64,000 nucleotides of DNA from an uncultured Planctomycetia bacterium (GCA_964642015.1 CAZXLF010000004.1:20738-84737); one strand, 5' to 3'. Positions 1 through 9,848 are shown, numbered from the stretch's first letter. Translations and numbers: made by a program. Notes: generated by a model not told the origin, from the letters alone.

Positions 1-782
1 GTATTATCTGGAAAATCATTCATGGCCTCTATCAAGCTGCTGACAATCAGCTCATCTTCCGGAAGTCCTTGTAAAGTAAGAAGAAAATTTCCTTTGGATG
101 GCGATGACGCGCCAGCGTTGAATTTGGGTAAACCCGTGATCATAATCCGGTCAGGCGCAGCGCCTGCTTTTATGAGGCTATTCCTATACCATGAGCCCAA
201 CACCGCGGATCGATCCGCCGCAGAAGGTCCGAGAAAAAGATTTATTTTATCAGCCAATATAGATAGCTGATCCGTATAATGAGGGGCTGCTACCGTTGTT
301 ATCCCTCGAACGGATGCCAAAGCGCAACAGACCCTATCCCAGACCCACTGACCATTAGGTACTAGGACTGCATCCGGCTTGTCCGAGTCTAAAAGCCTCT
401 GGACGGATCGTTCATATTTTAAAATATTAGAAATACTATCGGATAAAAAATATTTTGAAACAGAAGACCTAAAAAAATCGTACAAAGGAATAGTTTTTGG
501 GTAAGAATCTCCTGACTTTGTGTTTTCAACCAACTGCAATAAAGTCTTTTCCATCTGTGCCGAATTTTCGTTCGAATCAAATTCGATCGGAGGTATGACT
601 TTATGAGGCAATTTCCTTTCATGCGCAAAACGGATCGCATTGGCGGTCTCTTGATGCAGTCCCTCGATAAAAATAAACCGACAACGTCCATCTGGACTAT
701 TCAACGCTTTGATGGCAGATTCAATCGGATCTATTTGTGTCCGATAATTGAACCCCATTGCGTATATTTTTTGGAAAGCCAT
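1..782 (-). CDS. Partial CDS (runs off the left edge; not in the ORF track): surface-polysaccharide biosynthesis protein, CDP-glycerol glycerophosphotransferase / GT-B-like
   Basis: ATG at 782-780 overlaps the TAA of the upstream ORF (TAATG coupling). I translated it by hand and it is open to the window edge: MAFQKIYAMG...DKPDAVLVPNG...ADRSAVLGSWYRNSLIKAGAAPDRIMITGLPKF... The 'I.vtG.Pr/kf' segment is typical of GT-B capsule/teichoic-acid proteins. Confidence 0.5.
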   Translation of the reverse strand, partial: MAFQKIYAMGFNYRTQIDPIESAIKALNSPDGRCRFIFIEGLHQETANAIRFAHERKLPHKVIPPIEFDSNENSAQMEKTLLQLVENTKSGDSYPKTIPLYDFFRSSVSKYFLSDSISNILKYERSVQRLLDSDKPDAVLVPNGQWVWDRVCCALASVRGITTVAAPHYTDQLSILADKINLFLGPSAADRSAVLGSWYRNSLIKAGAAPDRIMITGLPKFNAGASSPSKGNFLLTLQGLPEDELIVSSLIEAMNDFPDN

Positions 783-1285
783 TAGCAGCGTAACGGACTT
801 AAAATATCAGTAATAACAGAAGGTCTATAAATTTGAACCGATAAATTGCGTGAGCGGATCAGCTGAACCACATCCTGCAAAACAAAAGGAGAAGGCTTTT
901 GATGGATAATCTTTACACTTTGGGGGTTTTCAATATTCAACGCCTGATCAATCGTCATGAGATAAGGCATATCATGTATAAGGCGGAAATAAAGGTCATA
1001 TTTTAATTCCTTTTGAATAGGGATATTCTCCTTGTCAGGCAATTCTGCCTTAACCAAGGTTTGGGCGAATCCGATCACCTTATCTATAGATTTTTCAATA
1101 AAATCAGTTGTCATATAATCCTTTAGCATTTTTCTTGGGATCCGGTGTTCACCGATCATAAATGCTTCAAAAAATACAAGATCAATGATAACAACTTCAC
1201 CCAAGTCCCTAAAACAGGGCCTTAAAAGACTGTTGATCTCTTTGATTTGATCAGAGAGGCTCAAATTAAAAACCAAGGTTTTCAT
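782..1285 (-). CDS. Hypothetical protein, translationally coupled to the downstream gene
   Basis: ORF track gives 782..1354. ATG at 1285 (MKTLVFNLS) has GAGGAAG just upstream and is the more likely start. No recognisable motif. Confidence 0.55.
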   Translation of the reverse strand: MKTLVFNLSLSDQIKEINSLLRPCFRDLGEVVIIDLVFFEAFMIGEHRIPRKMLKDYMTTDFIEKSIDKVIGFAQTLVKAELPDKENIPIQKELKYDLYFRLIHDMPYLMTIDQALNIENPQSVKIIHQKPSPFVLQDVVQLIRSRNLSVQIYRPSVITDILSPLRC

Positions 1286-1388
1286 GCGTACTTCCTCTAT
1301 GAGGCATTGAAATTTAGCGATCAATGGCTGAAATATCCCTATTATATCAATCAAAAAGCATTTGAATAGACAATAAAAGGGGGTTTCG

Positions 1389-1417
1389 TTGACTTATGGT
1401 ATTCACATTGCTAGAAT
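1389..1417 (+). promoter_or_regulatory. Sigma70-type promoter for tRNA-Pro
   Basis: TTGACT (1389-1394), 17-nt spacer, TAGAAT (1412-1417) with an extended TGn, about 10 nt upstream of the tRNA. Confidence 0.7.
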
Positions 1418-1427
1418 CAACCCTTCT

Positions 1428-1502
1428 CGGGGTGTAGCTCAGCTTGGCTAGAGCGCTTGCTTTGGGAGCAAGAGGCCGCTGGTTCGAATCCAGTCGCCCC
1501 GA
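1428..1502 (+). tRNA. tRNA-Pro (anticodon TGG); 3' CCA not encoded
   Basis: CGGGGTG/CGCCCCG acceptor stem, D-arm TAGCTCAGCTTGGCTAGAGC, anticodon arm CTTGC-TTTGGGA-GCAAG, T-loop GGTTCGAATCC. Confidence 0.95.
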
Positions 1503-1515
1503 TAATCTTTAGGGT

Positions 1516-2469
1516 TTATCTTGACTTCCGAGATAGGACTTTTTTGGCGGCTTTGACGATATCATCAGCCGTCAAACCGTATTTTTGAAATAACTCCTCA
1601 GGCGTTCCTGATTCGGCATAAGTATCTTTGACGCCGACAAATTCCACAGGGATAGGAAAGTTCTGCGATACCAGTTGCGATACCGCGCTGCCCAAGCCTC
1701 CGAAAATAAGGTGTTCTTCCGCAATAACGAATGCCTTGGTGTTGTGAGCTTCATTCAGAAGCAGCTCTTCATCTAAAGGTTTTAATGTATGGATATCCAC
1801 TACCGAAGCATCCATACCGTCTTTTTTTAATATTTCAGCGGCTTCCAAAGCCTCGAATACCATTAAGCCATTTGCGATCAAAGAAATATCCTTGCCCTTT
1901 CTAAGAGAGTTTCCCTTGCCGATCTTGAACTGCGATTGCTCATTATAGACCCAAGGGGCTTTTGATCTTCCTGTGCGCACATATACAGGCCCCTGATAAG
2001 AAGCGGCTTGCTTGATAAGCGATTTGGCAGAAAACTCATCTGAAGGTACGATGACCGTAAAATTGGGCAAGGTCAAAGCCAATGCAAAATCCTCGATAGA
2101 CTGTTGAGAAGCGCCGTCCTCACCAACACTGATGCCGCCGTGTGAAGTGACGACTTTGACATTGAGCTTAGGGAAAGCGACTCCCATACGAAGCTGCTCG
2201 TAACCTTTACACATCAGAAAACACGCAAAAGAGCTGATAAAAGGCACTTTTCCGCAGGAGGCAAGACCTGAAGCAATACCGACAAGATTGGATTCCTGAA
2301 TGCCGATATCGATGAAACGGTCCGGGAATGCTTTGCCGAACGTATCGGTGCGCGTCGACTTTGAAAGATCCGCGTCCAACACTAGAACTTGCGGATTTTC
2401 TTTTCCAAGCTCTACAAGTGCTTTGCCATATGCGTCGCGAGTGGCGGCGCCCATTTTTCTTTCGACCAT
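1516..2469 (-). CDS. Transketolase, C-terminal (pyrimidine-binding) subunit
   Basis: ATRDAYG, DADLSKST, FIDIGIQE, SHGGISVGEDGASQQ and EEH..GGLGSAV motifs; 317 aa. Confidence 0.92.
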   Translation of the reverse strand: MVERKMGAATRDAYGKALVELGKENPQVLVLDADLSKSTRTDTFGKAFPDRFIDIGIQESNLVGIASGLASCGKVPFISSFACFLMCKGYEQLRMGVAFPKLNVKVVTSHGGISVGEDGASQQSIEDFALALTLPNFTVIVPSDEFSAKSLIKQAASYQGPVYVRTGRSKAPWVYNEQSQFKIGKGNSLRKGKDISLIANGLMVFEALEAAEILKKDGMDASVVDIHTLKPLDEELLLNEAHNTKAFVIAEEHLIFGGLGSAVSQLVSQNFPIPVEFVGVKDTYAESGTPEELFQKYGLTADDIVKAAKKVLSRKSR

Positions 2470-3362
2470 TAGCGGATCATTCCTAATATTTTTTGGATCT
2501 CAGATTCTTTTTCGCCTAATTCTTTCAAAGCCTTTGCTGTTTCATCTTTAGTCGGTGCGACGCCATGAAAATGGTTGTTATTTTCCATGAAAGACACGCC
2601 TTTGCCCTTTATCGTATGCGCGATGATAGCGCTAGGGCCCGATTCGCGAGCTTTAGCCCATTCGATAGCTTCATAAATTTCTTTGTGCGAGTGGCCATCG
2701 ATCTCTTTGACAGCCCATCCGAACGCGCGCCATTTGTCTGTAACAGGTTCCATATCCAAGATATCTTTGGTGGCGCCAGAAAGCTGATACTTGTTGTAAT
2801 CTAAGATCATGATGAGATTTGAAAGTTTATGGAATGAAGCAAAAGCAGCCGCTTCCCATGTTTGGCCTTCGTTCAGTTCGCCGTCACTCATGATCACATA
2901 GGTAAGAAAATCCTTTTTGTCAAAACGGGCCGCAAGCGCACAGCCGATGCCTATAGACAGGCCTTGCCCCAACGAACCTGTAGAGGCTTCGATCCCGGGG
3001 AGTTTCCGCATATCCGGATGGCCCTGCAACGGACTACCCAATTTTCTTAAAGTCAGCAATAACTCCTCTTTGAAATATCCGGATTGCGCCAAAGCGCTGT
3101 AAAGCGCAGGGCACCCATGTCCTTTGCTGAAGATCAAGCGATCTCGGTCGGGCCATTTGGGATTCTTAGGGTCATGCCTCAAGAAATGAAAATAAAGCAA
3201 TGTCAGAATGTCGGTTACCGACAAAGAACCGCCGGGGTGGCCGGATCCGGCGATACCAAGCATTTTGATGATATTTCGTCGGATCTGAAGTGCGATATCC
3301 GCTAAGTTATTCCAATCTATTTTTTCGTTCACTTTCTTTGCAATCTCGGTTTGGCTAGGCAT
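2469..3362 (-). CDS. Transketolase, N-terminal (TPP-binding) subunit
   Basis: SGHPGGSLS, RDRLIFSKGH, LQGHP, STGSLGQG, SDGELNEGQTWEA and TIKGKGVSFME motifs. Confidence 0.93.
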   Translation of the reverse strand: MPSQTEIAKKVNEKIDWNNLADIALQIRRNIIKMLGIAGSGHPGGSLSVTDILTLLYFHFLRHDPKNPKWPDRDRLIFSKGHGCPALYSALAQSGYFKEELLLTLRKLGSPLQGHPDMRKLPGIEASTGSLGQGLSIGIGCALAARFDKKDFLTYVIMSDGELNEGQTWEAAAFASFHKLSNLIMILDYNKYQLSGATKDILDMEPVTDKWRAFGWAVKEIDGHSHKEIYEAIEWAKARESGPSAIIAHTIKGKGVSFMENNNHFHGVAPTKDETAKALKELGEKESEIQKILGMIR

Positions 3363-3373
3363 AAGAACTTAAG

Positions 3374-3402
3374 AGTGTAGCTGTATTCTTTCCAAGCGTC
3401 AA
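3374..3402 (-). promoter_or_regulatory. Sigma70-type promoter for the transketolase genes (very short leader)
   Basis: On the minus strand: TTGACG (3402-3397), 17-nt spacer, TACACT (3379-3374), ending about 12 nt before the ATG at 3362. Confidence 0.5.
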
Positions 3403-3438
3403 ACAATCTTTTCTGCTTTCAGCTTTGCAAGATGCTGA

Positions 3439-4101
3439 TTACCGATACTCCGAAACTCCTGTACGAAATCTTAAAAAATTCTCAAGCGAATCACACATCA
3501 AATAAGGATTTGTCTTTTTCTGCTCGCCCATCGTTGATGTGGGTTTGTCGGCATAATTATGACCCGGGCAAAGAATCGTTGAATCGTCAAATTTCATCAG
3601 GCGCTGGGTCAATGTCCTATACATTTCTTTGGCGTCACCCCCCGGAAGATCACATCGGCCGCAAGCACCGATAAAAAGCGTATCTCCCGAAACCAAACGA
3701 TCCTGCACGTGAAAACATTGAGACCCTGGGGTATGACCGGGTGTGTGGATTAAATTAATTTCGATGTTCCCAACTTCAATTTTTTGACCGTCATCCACAC
3801 TTTTAATGTTATCGTGACTGTATTCCATGTAAGGAACATCTTTTTTATTGACATAAATCGGGCAATTCACAGACTCCAAAAGCTCTTCTATTCCGTTCGT
3901 GTGATCAAAATGATAGTGACTGATCAAAGCGCCTTTGATCTTAAGATCTTCCTGCTGAACAACCTTTAAAATAGTATCCACCTGCCACGCTGGATCCACG
4001 ATCAGCACCTCACGTGTTTTCTTATCGCCGACGAGATAAACAAAATTCTCCATCGGGCCGATCTCCATCTGCTTTAAATAAAGAGGATTTTCTTCTGGCA
4101 T
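3439..4101 (-). CDS. MBL-fold metallo-hydrolase (glyoxalase II-like)
   Basis: SHYHFDH, HTPGHTPG, SGDTLF..CGRCD and PGH motifs. Confidence 0.88.
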   Translation of the reverse strand: MPEENPLYLKQMEIGPMENFVYLVGDKKTREVLIVDPAWQVDTILKVVQQEDLKIKGALISHYHFDHTNGIEELLESVNCPIYVNKKDVPYMEYSHDNIKSVDDGQKIEVGNIEINLIHTPGHTPGSQCFHVQDRLVSGDTLFIGACGRCDLPGGDAKEMYRTLTQRLMKFDDSTILCPGHNYADKPTSTMGEQKKTNPYLMCDSLENFLRFRTGVSEYR

Positions 4102-4147
4102 ATAAATGCAGGTTAAAAGCTAGGATTCAAAAATTTCTTCTCGATAC

Positions 4148-4621
4148 TCAATGCGATCCGTTAGATCGATCTTCTATATCGATCTTTTCAAGTTCTATTT
4201 TCAATTTTTTTGCTATTTGAAATATGCGGTCATCGCGGTAAAATTCACCGAAGCAAATACGCTTAATGCCCGAATTGGCGATCAATTTAAAACAAGGCCA
4301 ACAAGGACTAGCTGTAGTGTAAATCGTTCCCCCGTCGATACAGACGCCGTTCTTTGCCGCCTGGATAATCGCATTGGCCTCCGCATGGATCGTCGCTACA
4401 CAATGGTTATTCTCCATCATGTGACCGACTTCATTGCAATGCTCTAATTTGCGGATGCTCCCGTTATATCCAGTGGATAAAATAGTCTTATCGCGCACGA
4501 TCACCGCACCCACGTATTTTCTATCACATGTAGAGCGGCTTGAGATCACGCGCGCAATATTCATAAAATACGCATCCCAACCGAGACGCTTGAGAATCTT
4601 AGCGGGCCGAACCTTAACCAT
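4148..4621 (-). CDS. dCMP deaminase / ComEB family
   Basis: WDAYFM, RSTC, VGAVIV, GYNG, HAEANAI and PCWPC zinc motif. Confidence 0.9.
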   Translation of the reverse strand: MVKVRPAKILKRLGWDAYFMNIARVISSRSTCDRKYVGAVIVRDKTILSTGYNGSIRKLEHCNEVGHMMENNHCVATIHAEANAIIQAAKNGVCIDGGTIYTTASPCWPCFKLIANSGIKRICFGEFYRDDRIFQIAKKLKIELEKIDIEDRSNGSH

Positions 4622-4734
4622 AGGGGATTATTTTAACCTGTTACACGCTATTTCTCAAGCTTGGAATCGCATGGCAAGAAATGAAAAAGCCCTCTGGATA
4701 AAGGATCCAAAGGGCTTTTATTTACTTTTGATGC

Positions 4735-5010
4735 TTATTTCTTCGTCAATCGACCAACAAAAAAGCCGGTAACCAATGCAGCGACCGCTGCGCCTCCAAT
4801 ATAGGCCCACGCGTTCTTATGCACCGATTTATCAACTTCCGTTGCCGCTTCGATGATGTTTTCTTTGGTGTCTTCTAAAGTCCTCTTAGCGGTTTTCTTC
4901 AACTGATCGAGATTATCTTCGATCTCATGCTTTTTATCCTGCACTGCTTTATTCAATAGATCGATCGCTTTACCCATCTTTTTAGTACCATTCATTGCAA
5001 CTATCGACAT
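4735..5010 (-). CDS. DUF883 / ElaB-YqjD-like tail-anchored protein
   Basis: Charged helical N-terminus, then 'VHKNAWAYIGGAAVAALVTGFFVGR' C-terminal TM segment typical of the family. Confidence 0.7.
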   Translation of the reverse strand: MSIVAMNGTKKMGKAIDLLNKAVQDKKHEIEDNLDQLKKTAKRTLEDTKENIIEAATEVDKSVHKNAWAYIGGAAVAALVTGFFVGRLTKK

Positions 5011-5149
5011 GACCTTTTCCTTTCCTTTTTTTATTACTGTCTTATGTAATTGTATTTATACTACTGCTTAGCTTAGTTAAAATTTACATAATATTATTAA
5101 TAATTACAAGTCTTTATTAAAATATTTTATCTATTAACATAAGAAACAA

Positions 5150-5184
5150 AAAAACAGCCCTCATTTTTAATAAGGGCTGTTTTT
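5150..5184. terminator. Intrinsic terminator hairpin (possibly bidirectional)
   Basis: AAAAACAGCCCT...AGGGCTGTTTTT inverted repeat with A/T tails, just downstream of the 5219..5506 gene. Confidence 0.7.
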
Positions 5185-5218
5185 ATACTATTTCTTAACT
5201 AATTCAGCTAATCGATAA

Positions 5219-5506
5219 TTATTTCGCAGCTGGAGAAGAAGCCGGCGACGGAACTGCTGCAGGTGCAGCTACAGGCGCAGGTGGCGGTGGCGGTGGTGGA
5301 GCCACAGGCATCACAGGCGCTGCCGGTGCAGGTGTCGTAACCGAAACTGCCTTCTTACTTGTAGAAACTACGGTCGCTCCACCCTTTCTATTCTTCGGCA
5401 CGAAATTCGTCTTTGTAGGCTTTTTTCCCGTATCTGCCAATGCCACACCCTGGTGGAATAAGCAGGCAATCACTAAGAGAGAAAGAATTGCGCTCAACTT
5501 TTTCAT
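5219..5506 (-). CDS. Small secreted Pro/Ala-rich hypothetical protein
   Basis: Sec signal peptide MKKLSAILSLLVIACLFHQGVALA; low-complexity PAP tail; GGAG RBS upstream. Confidence 0.65.
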   Translation of the reverse strand: MKKLSAILSLLVIACLFHQGVALADTGKKPTKTNFVPKNRKGGATVVSTSKKAVSVTTPAPAAPVMPVAPPPPPPPAPVAAPAAVPSPASSPAAK

Positions 5507-5556
5507 TTACGATAAGCTCCTTTCAAGAGAATTAAGACGTTTTCTAAAACTCATAT

Positions 5557-5584
5557 AGCATACCACTTTTTAAAAATTCGTCAA
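5557..5584 (-). promoter_or_regulatory. Putative sigma70 promoter
   Basis: On the minus strand: TTGACG, 16-nt spacer, TATGCT with TG extension, upstream of the 5506 start. Confidence 0.4.
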
Positions 5585-5609
5585 TTTTCTATTTTAAAGG
5601 CTCTGAGCG

Positions 5610-6029
5610 TTAGCGGCTGTTGAAATCGCTTACTTCCTTGGCCATTTTACTGTCAAATTCCCTTCGCTTCGCTCGAAGATCCGTATTTTCAGGAGGCAAA
5701 CTCCTCAACTTGTCGTTATGTTCCTTGAGCTGCGCTTGACGCTTGGCTATATAAGCATCAGTGGCGGCTTTCTTATCCGCAAAATTAAGATTAGCGGTAT
5801 CTTTTTCAAAGGCTATCTTCTCATCGGCAGTTTGCTTATTGAATCGCGCGATTTCTTCGGCATGTTTATTTGTTCTAGGAGAATGCAATTGACTCTCAAA
5901 ATCCTTTCTTTCCGCCAGCATTTTATCGCTGAACTCCTGCTTTTCTTGTTCGGTCGGTTTAGCATAAACCATAGGTGAAAAGATCAGAAATGCGCATACA
6001 AATAAAAAATATGCACGAAAGGATGCCAT
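5610..6029 (-). CDS. Secreted helical hypothetical protein
   Basis: Signal peptide ending VYA; charged coiled-coil-like body. Confidence 0.65.
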   Translation of the reverse strand: MASFRAYFLFVCAFLIFSPMVYAKPTEQEKQEFSDKMLAERKDFESQLHSPRTNKHAEEIARFNKQTADEKIAFEKDTANLNFADKKAATDAYIAKRQAQLKEHNDKLRSLPPENTDLRAKRREFDSKMAKEVSDFNSR

Positions 6030-6035
6030 TTTAAA

Positions 6036-6782
6036 TTATTTTTTCAAACCTTTCGATTCGGCGCTGGCTTGCTGGATCTTGCTGGAAAGCACGGATCGCA
6101 ATGCCGGATTCAAACGTACCGCATCTTCAAGGTCAACGAGTGCTCGATGATAATCCGTCTTCAGAAAATAGGATTCGCCTCGCAGCCTTAATGCATCGGC
6201 ATATTGGGGATCAAGCTGGATGGCCTTATCCGCATCCGCTATAGCAGGATCAAGATCGCTTTTCAACATTTCGGCCAAACCCCGCAAAAAATACAACGTA
6301 GGATCCTGCGGAGAAAGCTCGATCGCTTTTGAGCTATCATTGATAGCGCCGCTAAGATCATTTTTAATTATCAGGCAGTTGGCGCGGCTTGAATAATAGT
6401 CCGGCTGTTTGGAATATAGCTCGATCGCCTTTGAAAAATCGGCTACCGCTTCATCGATCTTTTTCAAATGCCTATAAGATAAGCCGCGGTTAAAATAAGC
6501 ATCCGGCGCTTTGGTCTCGCGCTTTATACACTCTGTCAGATCTTTAATGGCCTCGTCATAATCGCCTTTTCCATAATAAGCGGTGCCGCGGTTATAATAA
6601 GCCTTTGCATCGTCAGGGTTCTCTTTGAGAGCTTGGTTGGCCTCCGCAATGGATGCTGCCGGCCCGTTTTTTGGCGTGAAATTGCTTTTCGCGTGAACAC
6701 TGGAATTTAAAGAGAGTGTCAAAATAAACAATAAGGATACCGTGTTAACGATTCTTTTTTTCATCGAATGGTCCTCCGTCAA
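6036..6782 (-). CDS. Secreted tetratricopeptide-repeat protein
   Basis: Signal peptide and repeated AYYNRG..Y...G.Y.EAI.D...AI...P units. Confidence 0.88.
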   Translation of the reverse strand: MTEDHSMKKRIVNTVSLLFILTLSLNSSVHAKSNFTPKNGPAASIAEANQALKENPDDAKAYYNRGTAYYGKGDYDEAIKDLTECIKRETKAPDAYFNRGLSYRHLKKIDEAVADFSKAIELYSKQPDYYSSRANCLIIKNDLSGAINDSSKAIELSPQDPTLYFLRGLAEMLKSDLDPAIADADKAIQLDPQYADALRLRGESYFLKTDYHRALVDLEDAVRLNPALRSVLSSKIQQASAESKGLKK

Positions 6783-6991
6783 TCCCGCAAAATGAATAAT
6801 AAAGAAGTCAATACAGCTCCGATCACTACGATCGTCATTGTGTCGCTGAAAAAATAAGGGTAAACCATCAATCCGCTTCCGATCAGCATTGGTTTCACGA
6901 TCGCCTGCTTTTTTCCATAGATAAAAGCCGCAAACCCCACCGCGCTGAAAATACTGCCGGCGATGATGCTCGCAAAATTCACCCCGCTCAT
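6779..6991 (-). CDS. Small membrane protein
   Basis: 70 aa, three hydrophobic segments, YGKKQ and YPYF motifs; overlaps the next gene. Confidence 0.7.
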   Translation of the reverse strand: MSGVNFASIIAGSIFSAVGFAAFIYGKKQAIVKPMLIGSGLMVYPYFFSDTMTIVVIGAVLTSLLFILRD

Positions 6992-7028
6992 GAGAAACCC
7001 TCTAAAAAGAGTATTTCATGAGTGGAGT

Positions 7029-8519
7029 TCATCGAACCCAATCCCGGGAACGTTCCACCGCCATTTTCCAGCGTTCGTACAGTACAGCCGCTTGCGTACG
7101 CCTCATGCGGGGTTTAAAAACATGGTCTACTTGCCGTAACCGATTAAAATCATCCTTACTCTTCCAAAATCCTATAGCAATACCCGCCAGAGCCGCAGCA
7201 CCGAGAGCGGTCGTCTCCAATACCCTCGGACGCTCAACCGGAATGCCCAAGATATCCGCTTGAAATTGCATCAAAAAATCATTGGCGCTTGCGCCGCCGT
7301 CGGCTCTTAAAACCTTAAACGCCTTATGCGTATCTTTTTTCATGACTTCCAAGACATCGCGAGTCTGATAAGCGATCGATTCGAGCGCTGCGCGCACCAA
7401 ATGTTCGCGTTTAGTACCGCGCGTAATCCCCACAATGGTGCCTCTGGCATGCGGATCCCAGTAAGGAGCCCCGAGACCGACAAGCGCGGGTACGAAATAA
7501 ACGCCGTCATTCGACGGCGTGGCATTTGAGATCCTCTCAGTATCACCGGCCGACTTTATTATCTTCAACCCGTCTCTTAACCATTGTACCGCAGCCCCTC
7601 CGATGAAAACACTTCCTTCGACCGCGTATTCGGTATTTTTAACATTTCCTATGGACCAAGCAATTGTTGTCAGCAAATTTTTTGAAAATTTGGGAGTTTT
7701 TTCAGTATTCTCCAGCATAAAGAGTCCGGTACCGTAGGTATTTTTAATAACACCTGCTTTGAAACAGCCTTGGGCAAATGAGGCTGCTTGCTGGTCTCCG
7801 ACAATGCCGCTAATAGGTATCTTTGATGAAAAAATCTTTTTGTCGGTATAACCGATCTTAGCGCTCGAAGGAACAACATACGGCAAAATCTTCATAGGAA
7901 CTTGAAAAATATTGCAAAGTTTGCTATCCCACGCCTTTTGATGAATGTTAAAAAGCATCGTGCGCGAAGCATTCGATGTGTCTGTCACATGAAGCGCGCC
8001 GCCGGATAATTTCCACACGATCCAGCAATCGATCGTTCCGGCCAAAAGCTCGCCTTTTTGCGCGCGTGACATTGCACCTTTTATATTTTTCAAGAGCCAA
8101 TGAATCTTGCTCGCGCTGAAATACGCGTCCAAGAACAAACCTGTGCGTTCGTGGACCAATTTTTCCAGACCCTTTTTCTTTAACCCTTCGCAATATTCCG
8201 CCGTGCGCCGGCACTGCCATACGATCGCGTTATGAATCGGTTTGCCTGTTTTTTTGTCCCATACAAGAACCGTCTCGCGCTGATTCGTGATACCTATCGC
8301 TTTGATGCTCTCCTTCGGGATATTTTTCAGCGTCTTAAGAATGATCTTTTGTGTGCTTTCCCAGATCGCGATCGGATCATGTTCGACCCATCCGGGTTTG
8401 GGATAGATCTGCGGAAATTCCTCATACACTTTCGACAAAACACGCTGGCGCTTATCGAAAACTATCGCGCGATTGCCTGTTGTCCCCAGATCTAAAGCTA
8501 AGATCGCAGACTCTGGCAT
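7029..8519 (-). CDS. glpK: Glycerol kinase
   Basis: DLGTT, GWVEHDP, GITNQRET, WQCRRT, YFSASK, GDQQAA, KNTYGTG, GLGAPYWD and DGGAS motifs. Confidence 0.96.
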   Translation of the reverse strand: MPESAILALDLGTTGNRAIVFDKRQRVLSKVYEEFPQIYPKPGWVEHDPIAIWESTQKIILKTLKNIPKESIKAIGITNQRETVLVWDKKTGKPIHNAIVWQCRRTAEYCEGLKKKGLEKLVHERTGLFLDAYFSASKIHWLLKNIKGAMSRAQKGELLAGTIDCWIVWKLSGGALHVTDTSNASRTMLFNIHQKAWDSKLCNIFQVPMKILPYVVPSSAKIGYTDKKIFSSKIPISGIVGDQQAASFAQGCFKAGVIKNTYGTGLFMLENTEKTPKFSKNLLTTIAWSIGNVKNTEYAVEGSVFIGGAAVQWLRDGLKIIKSAGDTERISNATPSNDGVYFVPALVGLGAPYWDPHARGTIVGITRGTKREHLVRAALESIAYQTRDVLEVMKKDTHKAFKVLRADGGASANDFLMQFQADILGIPVERPRVLETTALGAAALAGIAIGFWKSKDDFNRLRQVDHVFKPRMRRTQAAVLYERWKMAVERSRDWVR

Positions 8520-9070
8520 CAGTAATCGATCCCTTTCTGCGCTTGAACGCCTTTCTGGAAAGGATGTTTGATCTCTCTCATCTCCGTCACAAGGTCCGCA
8601 ATATCGATGATCTCTTTTTTTGCATCACGACCGGTTAAAATAAGATGTGTGTGTTTTGGTTTTTTCTTTATGATCTCTATCAGGTCTTTTAATTCCACAA
8701 GACGGATGTCCAAATAGTCGACCGCATAATTGACTTCATCAAGAACAACGAGGTCGTATTTTCCGGAGTATATCTTCTCCTTCGCAAAATTTATCGCCTC
8801 TGTAGCAGCCGTTTTATGTTCCTTGAACGGCTTTTTATCCCCCATGATCTTGACAAAGCCTTTGCCGAGCTGCAAGATCTCCAAATTAGAATGAAGCTTT
8901 GCACTTTCCATTTCGCCAAACACGACCGGCCAGTCACCTTTAAAAAATTGGATCACAAGCACTTTCCAGCCATGCCCTAAAGCACGGAACACATTGCCCA
9001 GCGCCGCTGACGTCTTACCTTTTCCGTTGCCCGTATAGACGATCACGAGCCCCTTTTTATTCTTGTCCAT
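8519..9070 (-). CDS. cobO: Cob(I)yrinic acid a,c-diamide adenosyltransferase (CobO/BtuR)
   Basis: YTGNGKGKTSAA, QFFKG, LDEVNYA, LTGR and KHPFQKG..AQKGIDY motifs. Confidence 0.92.
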   Translation of the reverse strand: MDKNKKGLVIVYTGNGKGKTSAALGNVFRALGHGWKVLVIQFFKGDWPVVFGEMESAKLHSNLEILQLGKGFVKIMGDKKPFKEHKTAATEAINFAKEKIYSGKYDLVVLDEVNYAVDYLDIRLVELKDLIEIIKKKPKHTHLILTGRDAKKEIIDIADLVTEMREIKHPFQKGVQAQKGIDY

Positions 9071-9470
9071 AATCCTTCAAGAGATTATCGATGACTTTTT
9101 CATTTGCGGGAGGAAAATTATAATTTTTAAGATCCGCTACATCCGTCCATAACACTTTCTGGCATTCGATCGGCTGCGGATCGCCTGAAATGTATGAGCA
9201 AAGGAAAAAATTCAGCCAAATGATCTTATCGTTGTACTCTTTGCGGATCTCCATGAACTTTTTTTCGATCGCAACATCAACGCCGAGCTCTTCTTTGGTC
9301 TCGCGGATCACGCAATCCTCGAAACTTTCTCCGGGATTCCTTTTACCGCCGGGGAATTCCCAAAAGGAACCGAACGTATCATCATCGTTCCTCTGCGCGA
9401 TCAAAAACTGCCTATCACGCCTGATCAAAGCAACACCGCATGGGATCACAGGCATCTTTTTATTCTTCAT
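9057..9470 (-). CDS. Nudix hydrolase, MutT/NudG-like
   Basis: WEFPGGK.NPGES...C..RE.KEELG Nudix box; FPPAN C-terminus. Confidence 0.88.
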   Translation of the reverse strand: MKNKKMPVIPCGVALIRRDRQFLIAQRNDDDTFGSFWEFPGGKRNPGESFEDCVIRETKEELGVDVAIEKKFMEIRKEYNDKIIWLNFFLCSYISGDPQPIECQKVLWTDVADLKNYNFPPANEKVIDNLLKDYGQE

Positions 9471-9838
9471 CCAACCGCCCTCAAACGCTTCTCAGCAACC
9501 TCTGCAAGACGGTCATCATAACCCAAATAGGGGCACAATCTGATCTCGGCTTGTTTGGCGTATCTTTTTTTCGCTCTAGATACAATGCGAGGAATATCGA
9601 TTTTCACATGATTACCCATCAAAAGGAAGTATGGGAGCACTAGCACTTCATCGGCTCCCTTTTTAATACAATGCTCTATCGCATCAACAATAGAAGGTGG
9701 TGTAATTTCAAGATATGCGCACAAAACGATCAAATATTGCTTGCGCTGACGAAGCCGCCGCGCCAATTGTTCCATAGGCCTCTGAAAACCTTTGAGTTTG
9801 CTTCCATGACCAACGATTAAAACCGCTTTTTTTTTCAA
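9467..9838 (-). CDS. Short CbiX/SirB-type sirohydrochlorin chelatase
   Basis: VGHGS, AYLE..PPS and PYFL..GNH...DIP motifs; 123 aa. Confidence 0.82.
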   Translation of the reverse strand: MKKKAVLIVGHGSKLKGFQRPMEQLARRLRQRKQYLIVLCAYLEITPPSIVDAIEHCIKKGADEVLVLPYFLLMGNHVKIDIPRIVSRAKKRYAKQAEIRLCPYLGYDDRLAEVAEKRLRAVG

Positions 9839-9848
9839 ATTAATTTCC

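Noticed and set aside
1428-1502. tRNA-Pro as an island integration site
   Set aside because: No integrase and no duplicated tRNA 3' end seen in the window; its 3' side abuts housekeeping transketolase.
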